Below, one piece after another: positions 29,573 to 39,820 of a stretch of 64,000 bases of DNA. This DNA comes from Bdellovibrionota bacterium (GTDB taxonomy: Bacteria > Bdellovibrionota_C > UBA2361 > CALJRW01): positions 64,001 to 128,000 of the forward strand of contig JBGSMD010000051.1 in assembly GCA_041740355.1 (NCBI GenBank). Direction: 5' to 3'. Position 1 is the stretch's first letter. Each line of letters opens with the position of its first letter. The notes below the pieces were generated by a model. The model did not search any database. It was given only the letters and a program-made list of their open reading frames with translations, and had not been told where the DNA came from. The translations under genes and the position numbers were made by a program.

Positions 29573-30361
29573 TCATTTAAAAAAGGGATGGAGGACGCCC
29601 GACGCATGGTAATCCTCATCATAGTTCTTTAATGCATTAATCCCGCGATCTATGAAAAATGCTTCAGTTGTTGTGCGAAATCTTGTAGGTAGGCATTCCA
29701 CCGCTAAACCCTTAGCAATACGATGTATTTCAGTTTTTTTGTTCGGATAGTATACTAAGAGAGTAACTTTTTCCCCCAAAAACTCATTAATATCCTGATC
29801 TTTAGGTGCTTTTTCAGGGCTTATAAACAGTAAATCTTGAACAGGTGTATTTCCTGATTGGTCATTCGTTTTGGAAATATTTTTTCTGATAGTTTTAGAT
29901 TCAGTACAATTTGGTAGAGGAATGGCTTGTTCCATCTGGATTACCTGTTTTTTCAACTGCGGCAAATATTCTTCATTGACATACTTTCGTACTGCATCTT
30001 TATCCAATTCAAATTTGCGGTAGGACTTATTAATCAACTCCGGATCTGGATAATCTACTCCAGATTTACCTTGAATATGACCAAAAATTTTCGGCTCAAC
30101 AAGCTCTTGATTCCAAGGATTTTTAGGGACTTGTCCCATCATCCGTAAAATATGTCGACTGCCTGGTTCCACTCCAAACCTAGGTGCAGATTCATTTAAC
30201 TCTGCTTCTGAAAATTTATAGGAAGTAATCTGCTTCTGTAGTGATATTTGTTGTTCGTAAGTTAAACCTTTTAAGATCTCCCGTGGATCTCCTTGAGCAA
30301 AAAGAGAATTTGCTACTATGGTTAGCAGGCAGACAAGAACAAGAATTTTAAGTTTCATCAT
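29573..30361 (-). CDS. traW: TraW-like periplasmic protein (F-type T4SS pilus assembly)
   Basis: Signal peptide; G...DYPDPELI..helical..PLPNCTESKT resembles TraW N-part; RIAKGLAVECLPTRF resembles TraW C-terminal L...FGI..VP. Confidence 0.45.
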   Translation of the reverse strand: MMKLKILVLVCLLTIVANSLFAQGDPREILKGLTYEQQISLQKQITSYKFSEAELNESAPRFGVEPGSRHILRMMGQVPKNPWNQELVEPKIFGHIQGKSGVDYPDPELINKSYRKFELDKDAVRKYVNEEYLPQLKKQVIQMEQAIPLPNCTESKTIRKNISKTNDQSGNTPVQDLLFISPEKAPKDQDINEFLGEKVTLLVYYPNKKTEIHRIAKGLAVECLPTRFRTTTEAFFIDRGINALKNYDEDYHASGVLHPFFK

Positions 30362-30423
30362 AAGCCTAGTCTATATAACCCTGACTATTGCTTCAAGAAT
30401 GAAACTAATTGTATAACTAAAGA

Positions 30424-30885
30424 TTACTGCAGGGCCTTAATATATTTTAAGACCTGATCAGGATGACCAATAGGTTTAACAGGATCAAAAATCTCAATTA
30501 TTGTCCGTTTGGCATCTAAAAGATAAGTAATCCGATTGATTCCCATATATTTTCTACCCATGAAACTCTTTTCACCATAAATTCCTAACTGCGTAGAAAG
30601 CTTAAAATCCGTATCAGACAACATCACAGTCTCTAAGTCATTATTCTTACAAAACTTTGTTTTAGTTTTTTGATCGCCACCAGACACTCCAATTAGTGCT
30701 GTATCAAGACTGGCAAACTTTTGCTTTAATTTTGAAAAGCCCTTCGATTCGATCGTACATCCTGGAGTACTATCTTTAGGATAAAAAAAGATGACTAGAA
30801 ATTTCTCTTTAAATGAATTCAAACTATGATTCAGACCGTCCTTGTCACCAAGTTCGAAGTGTGGAAATTGTTCACCAATCTGCAT
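30424..30885 (-). CDS. bcp: Peroxiredoxin Bcp
   Basis: FFYPKDSTPGCTIE, GEKSFMGRKYMGINR. Confidence 0.93.
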   Translation of the reverse strand: MQIGEQFPHFELGDKDGLNHSLNSFKEKFLVIFFYPKDSTPGCTIESKGFSKLKQKFASLDTALIGVSGGDQKTKTKFCKNNDLETVMLSDTDFKLSTQLGIYGEKSFMGRKYMGINRITYLLDAKRTIIEIFDPVKPIGHPDQVLKYIKALQ

Positions 30886-30940
30886 ATAATTCCAATTTAT
30901 AAATAAAGATGATAGACTTTAATAACTTCAAGTCCTGACG

Positions 30941-31534
30941 ATGAAAGTAGTAATTATAAAATACAACGCTGGTAATATTTTCTCAGTCCAAACTGCCTTA
31001 GAGCGTCTGACTGTAGAACTTTCTGGTGCTGAAATCCAGCTTTCTGATCAAACTTCAGATATCTTATCAGCAGATAAAATTATTTTTCCAGGAGTCGGAG
31101 AAGCTAGCAGCGCAATGAACGATCTAAAAAGAAATAAATTAGATCAACTAATTCCAACTCTTACCCAACCATTTCTTGGTATTTGCCTTGGATTACAGTT
31201 AATGTGTGATTTCTCCGATGAAAATGATACCAAATGCTTAGGTATTATTCCCGTCCAAGTAAAGAAGTTTCAGCAATTAAAGGTTCCTCAAATTGGATGG
31301 AATAATATCAACAATTATAAATCTGAGTTATTCCACAACTTAAAACAAGACGAATATGTTTATTTTGTTCATAGTTATTACGCCGAGCTTTCGCCTTACA
31401 CTATTGCCACTACTGACTATGGACTAGAGTATAGTGCTGCCTTAAATAAGGATAATTTTTATGCGGTGCAATTCCACCCGGAGAAAAGTGCTTTAGTTGG
31501 GTCGCAAATTCTACAAAATTTCTTAACAATTTAA
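30941..31534 (+). CDS. hisH: Imidazole glycerol phosphate synthase glutaminase subunit
   Basis: YNAGN, PGVG, GICLGLQ, YFVHSY, QFHPEKS. Confidence 0.95.
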   Translation: MKVVIIKYNAGNIFSVQTALERLTVELSGAEIQLSDQTSDILSADKIIFPGVGEASSAMNDLKRNKLDQLIPTLTQPFLGICLGLQLMCDFSDENDTKCLGIIPVQVKKFQQLKVPQIGWNNINNYKSELFHNLKQDEYVYFVHSYYAELSPYTIATTDYGLEYSAALNKDNFYAVQFHPEKSALVGSQILQNFLTI

Positions 31535-31544
31535 ACGACAAGAT

Positions 31545-31958
31545 TTAATACGTATCTAAATACCGATCTTCGATCTTCAATTCCTCTAATACATAGTTAA
31601 TTACTTGTTTATCATCGGTCATACCGGAAGCAAATGTATGATCACAGAAGGGATCATCAGAAGATGCAGCATAACGGACAGCTCCCACAATTAATTTTTG
31701 TTCGGCGGGATTTCGACTGGGGTAAAGTGTTAATAAGTACTTACAGACTTCAAAAACATCTCTAGCTTCTTTGTCGCTATAATGCGTTTCAGGACCATCA
31801 TTCGCTGCGGAATTACTAGAGAAGTGTGTCTGCAAAGCTTTGCCCAAAAGCTTTAATCCATCACTATCTAGCTCGGCACAATAACTTTCAAAGGCCGGTC
31901 GCACAAAAGGTGGAAACTTCGGTAATTTATGTTTTCGCTTTTTTCCAAAAAATATCAT
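31545..31958 (-). CDS. Hypothetical protein
   Basis: 137 aa; GAVRY...DD..D.....G..DD..V motif reminiscent of DUF1232-like proteins. Confidence 0.6.
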   Translation of the reverse strand: MIFFGKKRKHKLPKFPPFVRPAFESYCAELDSDGLKLLGKALQTHFSSNSAANDGPETHYSDKEARDVFEVCKYLLTLYPSRNPAEQKLIVGAVRYAASSDDPFCDHTFASGMTDDKQVINYVLEELKIEDRYLDTY

Positions 31959-31972
31959 AATAATTAACTAGC

Positions 31973-33592
31973 ATGTCTAATGAAATCTTAAAAGGTACTA
32001 CACTTATCAGTTTACTAACTCTAGTAAGTCGTCTGTTAGGGTTTATCTGGAATTTAGTCTTTGCTAAACTATTCGGGGCAGGCCTTTTAGCTGACTGTTT
32101 TTTTGTAGCCTTTAAGATTCCAAACCTACTTCGTAGTATTTTGGGCGAAGGTGCACTTTCTGCCGCATTTATTCCTGTATTCTCAGCCGAGTTGGAAAAA
32201 AATCGGCAACAAGCAGAAAGGACCTTGAAATCAGTCTCGGGTCTACTTTTAATTGCCAGCATCCTAATTACAATCTTAGGAGTAATTTTCACTCCCTTAA
32301 TTATTGATTTTATTGCACCTGGGTACTTAGAAGATCCTGAAAGATATCAACTCTGCATCACTCTTACTCAAATAACCCTTCCTTACATAATCTTTGTAAG
32401 TCTAATTGCTTTAATCAGTGGCGCACTAAATTCAGTTAAGAAATATGGGGCAGCTCCCCTTTCCCAAATAGTGATGAACATTGTTCTAATTATTACTTGT
32501 TACTTAGTAAGCTTTTGGGAACCAGAAACAGGAATTAAATTATTATCTATTGGTGTTCTAGTTGGAGGGTTTGCACAAATCATTATACAGCTTCCCGCTT
32601 TGAAAGCTGCCAAACTTTCAATCTTTCCGAATGTAAAACTATTGAATCCGAGTAGTAAAAAAGTATTATTTCTAATGATTCCGGCGTGCTTTGGAGCGGC
32701 AATCTATCAGATATCTATTTTTATAAATACGATGCTCGCTACGTTACTACCAACGGGCAGTGTCTCTTGGCTTTTTTACGCAGACCGTCTGTCACAATTA
32801 CCTATCGGCGTCTTAACAATTGCGATTATGTCCGTACTCCTGCCAGAGTTATCAAAATCACAAGCAAATAATAATTCACTTGGATTTCAACACAACATGA
32901 ATAACTCTTTGCGATATATTAGTTTTCTAATTATCCCCTCCTCTGCTGGATTAATAATCTTAGCGGAGCCGCTAATTCAATTATTATTTGAACGTGGTGA
33001 GTTTACCTCGTTTGATACATTTCAAACTGCAGGCGCATTACAGGCAACAGCTTTTGGACTTTGGGGAATTAGTTGCAGCTCAATTGTCAGTCGGGGATTT
33101 TTAGCAAAACAAGATACCCTGACACCCAGTCTACTGGGAATTTTTACACTATTATTGAATGTCCTCTTAGCGTTGCTGCTAATGGGCAAAATGGATTTCC
33201 AAGCTGATCTCTTTCTTTTAAATGTAATTGCGGACATACAAAATTATTTGATAATCATTTTTCCACATCTCGATTACTTCCATGTCGGATTAGCTCTCGC
33301 TTCCGGCTTAGCACTTACTTTTACTTTAGTAATCAGTATGTTTGTTTTGGACAGACGCCTAGAAAATTGGAGTTTTCAACCATTCTTGAAAGCTAGCTTC
33401 ACTTCATTACTAGCGTCTTTAGTTATGATGTTAGCAATTTATTATTTAAAAACCCTAATTAGTAATAACTTGATTTTAATTATTGCGGCTTGCCCAGTTG
33501 CCTTTATCAGCTATGGAATTGCCTATCATATATTTGGGGGACAAGAGATTCGAGAACTAACTAAATTAATTCGCCGCAAAACAAAAATATAG
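31973..33592 (+). CDS. murJ: Lipid II flippase MurJ/MviN
   Basis: SRLLG, AFKIPNLLR..GEGALSAAFIP, YADRL.QLP.G, LFERGEF. Confidence 0.95.
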   Translation: MSNEILKGTTLISLLTLVSRLLGFIWNLVFAKLFGAGLLADCFFVAFKIPNLLRSILGEGALSAAFIPVFSAELEKNRQQAERTLKSVSGLLLIASILITILGVIFTPLIIDFIAPGYLEDPERYQLCITLTQITLPYIIFVSLIALISGALNSVKKYGAAPLSQIVMNIVLIITCYLVSFWEPETGIKLLSIGVLVGGFAQIIIQLPALKAAKLSIFPNVKLLNPSSKKVLFLMIPACFGAAIYQISIFINTMLATLLPTGSVSWLFYADRLSQLPIGVLTIAIMSVLLPELSKSQANNNSLGFQHNMNNSLRYISFLIIPSSAGLIILAEPLIQLLFERGEFTSFDTFQTAGALQATAFGLWGISCSSIVSRGFLAKQDTLTPSLLGIFTLLLNVLLALLLMGKMDFQADLFLLNVIADIQNYLIIIFPHLDYFHVGLALASGLALTFTLVISMFVLDRRLENWSFQPFLKASFTSLLASLVMMLAIYYLKTLISNNLILIIAACPVAFISYGIAYHIFGGQEIRELTKLIRRKTKI

Positions 33593-33670
33593 CGTTCGGT
33601 TTGCAGGATTAGTAAAAGAGAGCCTAAAGGAATAGTGATAAAATTTCAGAAATCACTTCTTGGATTTACC

Positions 33671-34498
33671 TTATTTAGATAATTTGACGCTTCTATTAAA
33701 AGCGGCCAAGAAAGCTTGTTGTAAAGATTGATTAATCTTTTTACTTTTAAAAATATCGAGTGCCGCTTCGGTTGTTCCACCTTTTGATTTAACTTTTACA
33801 ATTAATTCAGAAGGAGTCAGTTTGCTGTAATTTAAATAATCTATTGTTCCAAAAAAAGTTTGCCAAACAATCTTCTCTGCTAACTCCTTAGGGAAACCAA
33901 AACGTCTAGCAGATTCTTCCAAGGAGCTCATAAAAAAGGCAACATAGGCTGGTCCACTTCCGGCTAGTGCTGTGATCTGATTAATTTTCTTTTCATCAGC
34001 AACTTCTAAGAACAATCCTTGTGGGGCAAAAATTCGCTTAATAAACTTTTGCTCTGTGGTAATAACTGCGGTGTCGTAAACACAAGCAATCACAGCTTGT
34101 TGAAGTTCAATTGCTAAGTTGGGCATTACTCGGACAACCTTCTTAACTCCCAAAGCCTTTTGAATTTTGGCAATTGAGATGCCAGCCATCACAGAAACTA
34201 CAACTGTATTTTTAACTAATTTGTCTCTTAGCGATATTGCTAAGCTTGGAAAATCTTGCGGTTTGACGGCTATGATTATGTAATCAGGTGAATCTAACTG
34301 TTCAACATTAGAATAAAATTTAATTGCCGGATATCCAGGCTTAATTTTTTGGGAATTCACCGAGCTTCGACTCACTACTGTAAGTGATGAAAGCGGAACA
34401 ATTTTTTCCGCAATAAGCGCTTTAAGTATCGGCTGACCCATATTACCTAGGCCAATAATTGTAAGCTTAACGGGCTTTGCCACGGGTTGGATCTTCAA
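33671..34498 (-). CDS. proC: Pyrroline-5-carboxylate reductase
   Basis: IGLGNMG, AVKPQ, RVMPN, AGSGPAY, SKGGTTEAAL. Confidence 0.93.
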   Translation of the reverse strand: MKIQPVAKPVKLTIIGLGNMGQPILKALIAEKIVPLSSLTVVSRSSVNSQKIKPGYPAIKFYSNVEQLDSPDYIIIAVKPQDFPSLAISLRDKLVKNTVVVSVMAGISIAKIQKALGVKKVVRVMPNLAIELQQAVIACVYDTAVITTEQKFIKRIFAPQGLFLEVADEKKINQITALAGSGPAYVAFFMSSLEESARRFGFPKELAEKIVWQTFFGTIDYLNYSKLTPSELIVKVKSKGGTTEAALDIFKSKKINQSLQQAFLAAFNRSVKLSK

Positions 34499-34757
34499 CA
34501 GAAAAAGTTTCGCCAGATTTAAGATTTAAAAACAACATCATTTGCTCAACAAGCATATTGTAATCTTCTTTTTTGCCCATATTTAATCGATACTCATTGA
34601 TGATTTTAATTTGCATATCATCTTTCCACATCAACCAAGCTTGAGCTGATATTTTTTCAAAAATTTCCTGACCAACAGGCCCAGAGAATGGAGGTTTAGT
34701 AAGCCCCGGAAGATCCTTTCCAAGTTTAATACATTTTATAATTCTTTCTTCCGTCAT
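34467..34757 (-). CDS. yggX: Fe(II)-trafficking/oxidative damage protection protein
   Basis: C.KLG....GL..PP..G..G..I...IS..AW..W.....IINEYRL. Confidence 0.9.
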   Translation of the reverse strand: MTEERIIKCIKLGKDLPGLTKPPFSGPVGQEIFEKISAQAWLMWKDDMQIKIINEYRLNMGKKEDYNMLVEQMMLFLNLKSGETFSVEDPTRGKAR

Positions 34758-34787
34758 AATATTTTTGATTGTTATAATTGAACTTAA

Positions 34788-34934
34788 TCTAGTTATTCCA
34801 AAAAATAAATTACCTAATAATAAAATAGAGCAACTTGTTTTTTGTAATAACTATACGATTTTACTATCCCTCTGGGGATTAGAAAGCCCCAAAAAGTAGT
34901 TTCCTTCAGTAAATTACTTTTTGGACTTTCTATA
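34788..34934 (-). repeat. Dispersed three-hairpin intergenic element, copy 3 (inverted)
   Basis: TAGAAAGCCCCAAAAAGTAGTTT..AAATTACTTTTTGGACTTTCTATA, ATCCCTCTGGGGAT, TAGTTATT..AATAACTA. Confidence 0.88.
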
Positions 34935-35167
34935 ATAGACGAAACTAATAAATGATTCAAATTACGGTAGATTTTAGAAGGTTAGTAATGGAATATTCTA
35001 AAACTCATCATGTATTGACTTGGCATGATTTCATTTTTATCAACTCTTAAGGAAAGTATTCAAATTTTTGCCATTTTTACAAAACATTTACATTTAAATT
35101 ACACAAGCATGACACAAAGCTCTTCATAACATGAGATAAGGGTATTACAACTCAGCCATTAAGGAGA

Positions 35168-35806
35168 ATGCACATGACTAAGAAACTTACGGATCTGGAA
35201 TTGGTGATAGAACTGCAAAACGGCGAAAAATCCGCTTTTGAAGAACTTTTTAAACGTTATAGTGAAAAAGCCTACCACCTTGCTTATCGAATAACTCGAA
35301 AAGAAGAGGATGCGGAGGAAATTATCCAAGAGACATTTATCAATGTTTTCTCTAAAATTAACTCTTTTCAAGGAAAGTCAGCATTTTCCAGTTGGTTGTA
35401 TAGAATTACTTTCAATACTTCTCTCATGAAACTAAGAAAAAGAAAGCAACATTTAACATTACCTTTAGAAGTAAATAATCACTCGGAAGAAGCTTTTAAT
35501 GTAGAATATTGCTCTGAAGAAGAACATCATCGTTGTGAGGTATTCCCTTTCAGACATGAGCTTCGTGGACATATTGAGAAAGCAGTGAACTCTTTACCCG
35601 AAGAATATCGTTCAATTTTTGTGCTTCGAGATATTGATGGTTTAAGCAATCAAGAGGTTAGTGAAATGTTGGACTTAACAATTCCAGCAATTAAATCACG
35701 CCTACATAGAGCTCGATTAATGTTACAATCAAGATTAGAGAACTATTATAATGACTTTTCTAATGAGACATTAATCCTTGAAGGCAGTCAGAAGTTAGCC
35801 GCCTAG
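35168..35806 (+). CDS. ECF sigma-70 factor (RpoE/SigW-like)
   Basis: DAEEIIQETF, SAFSSWLYRI, LPEEYRSIFVLRD, KSRLHRAR; AAGGAG RBS. Confidence 0.92.
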   Translation: MHMTKKLTDLELVIELQNGEKSAFEELFKRYSEKAYHLAYRITRKEEDAEEIIQETFINVFSKINSFQGKSAFSSWLYRITFNTSLMKLRKRKQHLTLPLEVNNHSEEAFNVEYCSEEEHHRCEVFPFRHELRGHIEKAVNSLPEEYRSIFVLRDIDGLSNQEVSEMLDLTIPAIKSRLHRARLMLQSRLENYYNDFSNETLILEGSQKLAA

Positions 35807-35817
35807 TCCAGAGTAAA

Positions 35818-35851
35818 TGCCTTTACTACCATTTCTGAGGTAGTAAAGGCA
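35818..35851 (+). terminator. Probable terminator hairpin after ECF sigma gene
   Basis: 13-bp perfect stem TGCCTTTACTACC/GGTAGTAAAGGCA with 8-nt loop; no strong U-tract. Confidence 0.6.
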
Positions 35852-36266
35852 CTCAACAATTACTCTCATATCAATACTAGTTGTTTCAGGGTCAAAATCT
35901 GAATGATTTTGTTTAATAGTGCTCACGGCTAATATTTTCTCCCCCCTTCTGTTCCTCTTTTGCTAAAGCTACAAGCAGACAATAAAGCTTCGCAGGACCA
36001 GGCTACCCTCAATTTACTTTATAAATTGATCTTTAAAGGAGATTTGAACTTTCTTGCAAAGATTACCTGAACGCTTACTTAAGCCTCAATGAAATGCTTA
36101 TTCTATAAAAAATTGCAGAACTAGTGGCGATTGCTCGTGGTTTTCGCATACTTAGTCCTTGTTATGTCCGGGATTTAAAATGTAATCCGATATTTTAACC
36201 TTCCCCACGAATACTTCTTAAATCACTAGAAGCATTACAACTAAATACCTTGATAGTTATTGTAAT

Positions 36267-37016
36267 ATGTTGAAATTAGTATCCCCGACATTTACCGTAT
36301 CCAACTCTGGAAAAATATCAAAATATTTATTTCCGATTGACTTAAGTTCCTTAAATAGCAATCTAAGGTTGGATGTAATCAATACCTTTTTATCATCAAA
36401 TGGACTTTTGCCACTTACCAGATTAGGCGAAGCAGAAAAAGGCGAATTAGAATTTATTGGGATTAATGGATTTTATTCTGATCCCTTTGTCTCCCGGATA
36501 GATTTTCAGACGAAAAGCTTTAATCGCGAATTTAACCACCTTTGCCTGCTAAGCCCGGCGTTAGAAGGATGCTCAGGAACCATGGTCGTACCAATTGTTA
36601 ATAATCAGTATGTCCTACTTGTTGAACAATTTCGCCCAACAATTGGCGAAATGACTTTAGAGGTACCTCGGGGTTTTATAAACCCAGAAGAATCACTGCG
36701 GGTTAATAATTCCTTTGGTAATGCCTTACGTGAACTTGCCGAGGAAACTGGATTAGATCAAAGCCGACTGATCTACTTTCCAAATTTAGTAGGTGAAGTT
36801 TATGAAAACTCGGGAGTCTCAACCAATAGAAATAAAGTATTTCGTGTCTCGATAACAATTCCCGATGAACAACTAAACAATCTAATTAAAACCAATCACT
36901 TAGACCAAGGTGAAGTCGATCAGCTTGTTAATACAAAACTAATCGCAATTAAAGATTTGAAACATAAGATTAAAGATCAGCACTCTGCTACTGCCCTATG
37001 GTTAGCACTAGATTAG
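36267..37016 (+). CDS. NUDIX hydrolase (ADP-ribose pyrophosphatase-like) with N-terminal extension
   Basis: LVEQFRP.....LEVPRG and [10 protein letters not shown] Nudix box. Confidence 0.8.
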   Translation: MLKLVSPTFTVSNSGKISKYLFPIDLSSLNSNLRLDVINTFLSSNGLLPLTRLGEAEKGELEFIGINGFYSDPFVSRIDFQTKSFNREFNHLCLLSPALEGCSGTMVVPIVNNQYVLLVEQFRPTIGEMTLEVPRGFINPEESLRVNNSFGNALRELAEETGLDQSRLIYFPNLVGEVYENSGVSTNRNKVFRVSITIPDEQLNNLIKTNHLDQGEVDQLVNTKLIAIKDLKHKIKDQHSATALWLALD

Positions 37017-37895
37017 ATTGTCTTGAGTAAGAATATTTAATAAGTATTGACCATAAGAATTCTTTCTAAGTTGATTAGCATTTTCCAGTAATTTTTCTTT
37101 ACTGATAAACTTCATGAAATAAGCAATCTCTTCTGGGCAAGAAATCATTGACCCCTGTCTTTCTTCTAATGTTTGAATGTAATTACAAGCTTGTAGGTAA
37201 GATTCAAAAGTACCAGTGTCTAACCAGGCAAAGCCACGCCCCAATACTTCCAACGACAACTCACCTCGCTCAACATAGACTTTATTTAAATCAGTAATTT
37301 CCAACTCCCCGCGAGGAGATGGCTTTAGACTTTTGGCATATTCACAAACGTGATTGTCATAGAAATAAAGTCCAGTAATCGCAAAGCTGGAAGTAGGCTT
37401 GGTAGGCTTTTCAACCAACTCGGTAACTTTTCCATCTTTTCCAAATGTGGCCACGCCGTATCTTTCCGGATCCTTTACATGATAAGCAAAGATCGTTGCA
37501 CCTTTAGTTCGCGCTGAAGCCCTACCCATAGTTTCCGGTAGACCATGTCCATAAAAAAGATTATCTCCAAGAACCATGGCGACAGGTCGACCGGCCATGA
37601 ATTCTTCCCCGATAATAAAAGCTTGGGCCAGGCCATCTGGATTTGGCTGAACAGCATAAGAAATTTTGATACCAAATTGAGAGCCATCATCAAGCAGATT
37701 TTGAAAGGCATCTCTATCTTGTGGAGTAGTAATGATCAGGATGTCCCTAATCCCAGCCAACATTAATGTCGACAAGGGGTAATAGATCATTGGTTTATTG
37801 TAAATGGGAAGAAGCTGTTTACTTACAGACTTGGTAACAGGAAAAAGACGAGTTCCAGAGCCACCAGCTAGGATAATTCCACAATAGTTGTTCAT
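37008..37895 (-). CDS. rfbA: Glucose-1-phosphate thymidylyltransferase
   Basis: [46 protein letters not shown]. Confidence 0.96.
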   Translation of the reverse strand: MNNYCGIILAGGSGTRLFPVTKSVSKQLLPIYNKPMIYYPLSTLMLAGIRDILIITTPQDRDAFQNLLDDGSQFGIKISYAVQPNPDGLAQAFIIGEEFMAGRPVAMVLGDNLFYGHGLPETMGRASARTKGATIFAYHVKDPERYGVATFGKDGKVTELVEKPTKPTSSFAITGLYFYDNHVCEYAKSLKPSPRGELEITDLNKVYVERGELSLEVLGRGFAWLDTGTFESYLQACNYIQTLEERQGSMISCPEEIAYFMKFISKEKLLENANQLRKNSYGQYLLNILTQDNLI

Positions 37896-38097
37896 TAGTT
37901 TATACCAAAATATTTTGGATAATTTTTTAGCACAAAAAAGACTTTACTCAAAATAATAGAATTTAGTGGCCTTTTTCTATTCGCTTTTCAACTAGACTAC
38001 CGAATAATAAACAAAATACTCGCGCTAGATTTACCTTATGCTTGATCTTGGACTGAAGACCCGGAAAATTGCCGTTTAAGAATTTATTCAGTTTTTA

Positions 38098-38652
38098 TCA
38101 AAATTTTGAATTTAGTAATTGTTCACGCACACGCTTACTTAGTGGATACTCTGATAGCCAAATTCCCAGATAATATTTGGCAAACTCTGGGTCCTTAATC
38201 GTCGAAAGATTTTGTTTGTTATTACTAAGTGTTAATCCTTTGTCAGGAAGGTAGGTCAAATAATATTCTGATTGATCATCAACATCTTCGTAATACTGAT
38301 TAATTTGCTGGGCTTCAACTTTAAATTTTTCATAATTAAAATTGGGGTTCTTTTGAAGTGTGTCCACAGCCCCATCGACGATTCGCTTCTTTTCTATTTT
38401 TCGATGATATTTAAAGTGTAAAAACTTCGCCACTTTAGGATTGAGTACATCACCAGTAAAGTTTGCTTGATCTACATAAAGTGCCACTGAGTAGATATCC
38501 ATAAAAAGATAAGTGAAATCAGATTTACCTACCAGATGGAACTGAAGATCCGCTTTAAGAATAGTTTTGGGATAACAGCTAGTCTTAGAACAAAGTTCAT
38601 CAGCAGAAACCGAATTTAAAAATATAAATAATAAAAACACTAATTGCTTCAT
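38098..38652 (-). CDS. Chalcone isomerase-like exported protein
   Basis: Signal peptide, FMDIYSVALY, FAKYYLGIWLS..P....R..LL. Confidence 0.8.
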   Translation of the reverse strand: MKQLVFLLFIFLNSVSADELCSKTSCYPKTILKADLQFHLVGKSDFTYLFMDIYSVALYVDQANFTGDVLNPKVAKFLHFKYHRKIEKKRIVDGAVDTLQKNPNFNYEKFKVEAQQINQYYEDVDDQSEYYLTYLPDKGLTLSNNKQNLSTIKDPEFAKYYLGIWLSEYPLSKRVREQLLNSKF

Positions 38653-39377
38653 TAATTTGTCTTTAAACTTCCCAAGCCACCATCAACAGCAATAATTTGA
38701 CCAGTGATCCAAGTGGCTTTATCAGATATTAAAAATTCTACTAAGTTAACTAAATCTTCTGGCTCACCCAGGCGTTTTAAGGCATGCATTTTTTCAGAGA
38801 ACTTCAAACTATTTTCATTACTAAAAATTGCTGCCGTCATTGGAGTTCGAGTTAGGCCCGGAGCAATCGCGTTAAATCTTAAATTTTTTGAGGCGTAAGT
38901 TGCTGCCGCTGAGAGTACCAAGCCATTAACTGCCGCTTTTGCTACTGAAATTAGTTCGTGATTGGGAAGGCCAATTTGCGAGGCAGCGGAACTAAAAAGC
39001 ACTACACTTCCACCGGAAGTCATAAATTTTCCGGCTGAGCGTACCGCAGCAAAAGCTGTAGTGATGTTCTGGCTAATAATCCTCTCAAACTCCTCACTAC
39101 TAATCATGTGAGCTGGCTTTAGAAGTACGGACCCACAGCAATTAACAACTGCATCGATACTGCCAAGGGCCTCAATCGCTTGTTCAAAGGCCAAATTAAC
39201 TTCAATAAAATTGCTACAATCTGCAATTGAATATTTTGACTGAAGACTATTTGCTAAACTTACTAATTCAGATTCCTTTCTGGCAACTAAAAAACAATTC
39301 CAGCCAGAGGATACCAGTTGGCCGGAGAGTATTTTCCCCACACCGCCTGTCGCGCCTAAGATAATTACATTTTTCAT
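38652..39377 (-). CDS. Short-chain dehydrogenase/reductase
   Basis: GATGGVG, NAIAPG, ITGQIIAVDGG; catalytic Y replaced (ISVAK). Confidence 0.88.
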   Translation of the reverse strand: MKNVIILGATGGVGKILSGQLVSSGWNCFLVARKESELVSLANSLQSKYSIADCSNFIEVNLAFEQAIEALGSIDAVVNCCGSVLLKPAHMISSEEFERIISQNITTAFAAVRSAGKFMTSGGSVVLFSSAASQIGLPNHELISVAKAAVNGLVLSAAATYASKNLRFNAIAPGLTRTPMTAAIFSNENSLKFSEKMHALKRLGEPEDLVNLVEFLISDKATWITGQIIAVDGGLGSLKTN

Positions 39378-39382
39378 TTTAA

Positions 39383-39820
39383 TTAATGTTTGCTAAGTCG
39401 AGCTTTAATTAATTTAATAAGTAACGATAATACTGGTATTCGCTCGTAAATAAATTCACCGAGATCATAGTAATCACGATGAAATATAACTAAATCTGAG
39501 GTGGTATCGAAATGCAGCTGAGAAATACCTGGAACGTTAAATGGTTTCCCTTTATTTAATTTCGGTGCTTGCAATCGCATAGTCCAAAAAGCAGCAACCT
39601 TATGATCTTCACAAATAAAATCTGTAAATTCGAATTCTATTGATTCCACTGGTTGATAAATATTCTTATAATAACTCTTAATTTTTTCGGAACCATGCAA
39701 ATTCACCAAGGGGTCAATAAATTGAGCATCGGGATGATAAAACTCATCAACAATTTCTACGGTATCAACAGAAAGATTATCAAAAAAATTGGTTACTTTT
39801 TTTATTTTAGGATTTTGCAT
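39383..39820 (-). CDS. SnoaL/NTF2-like protein
   Basis: FY...A.F.DP, HRDYYD.GE..YE.IP.L motif. Confidence 0.85.
   Translation of the reverse strand: MQNPKIKKVTNFFDNLSVDTVEIVDEFYHPDAQFIDPLVNLHGSEKIKSYYKNIYQPVESIEFEFTDFICEDHKVAAFWTMRLQAPKLNKGKPFNVPGISQLHFDTTSDLVIFHRDYYDLGEFIYERIPVLSLLIKLIKARLSKH

Noticed and set aside
22248-30361. Intact ICE, conjugative element or prophage
   Set aside because: No integrase, relaxase, coupling protein, VirB4 ATPase, phage structural genes or flanking direct repeats seen.
31927-32292. Antisense and alternate-frame ORFs in the track (e.g. 31927-32292, 57991-58470, 59293-59817, 50512-50864, 24599-24883)
   Set aside because: They overlap better-supported genes, lack motifs and mostly have non-ATG starts; treated as shadow ORFs.
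35852-36266. ~400-bp intergenic gap as a tRNA/ncRNA locus
   Set aside because: No tRNA, tmRNA, RNase P or SRP signature recognised; only a short decayed REP-like word near 35955-35998.
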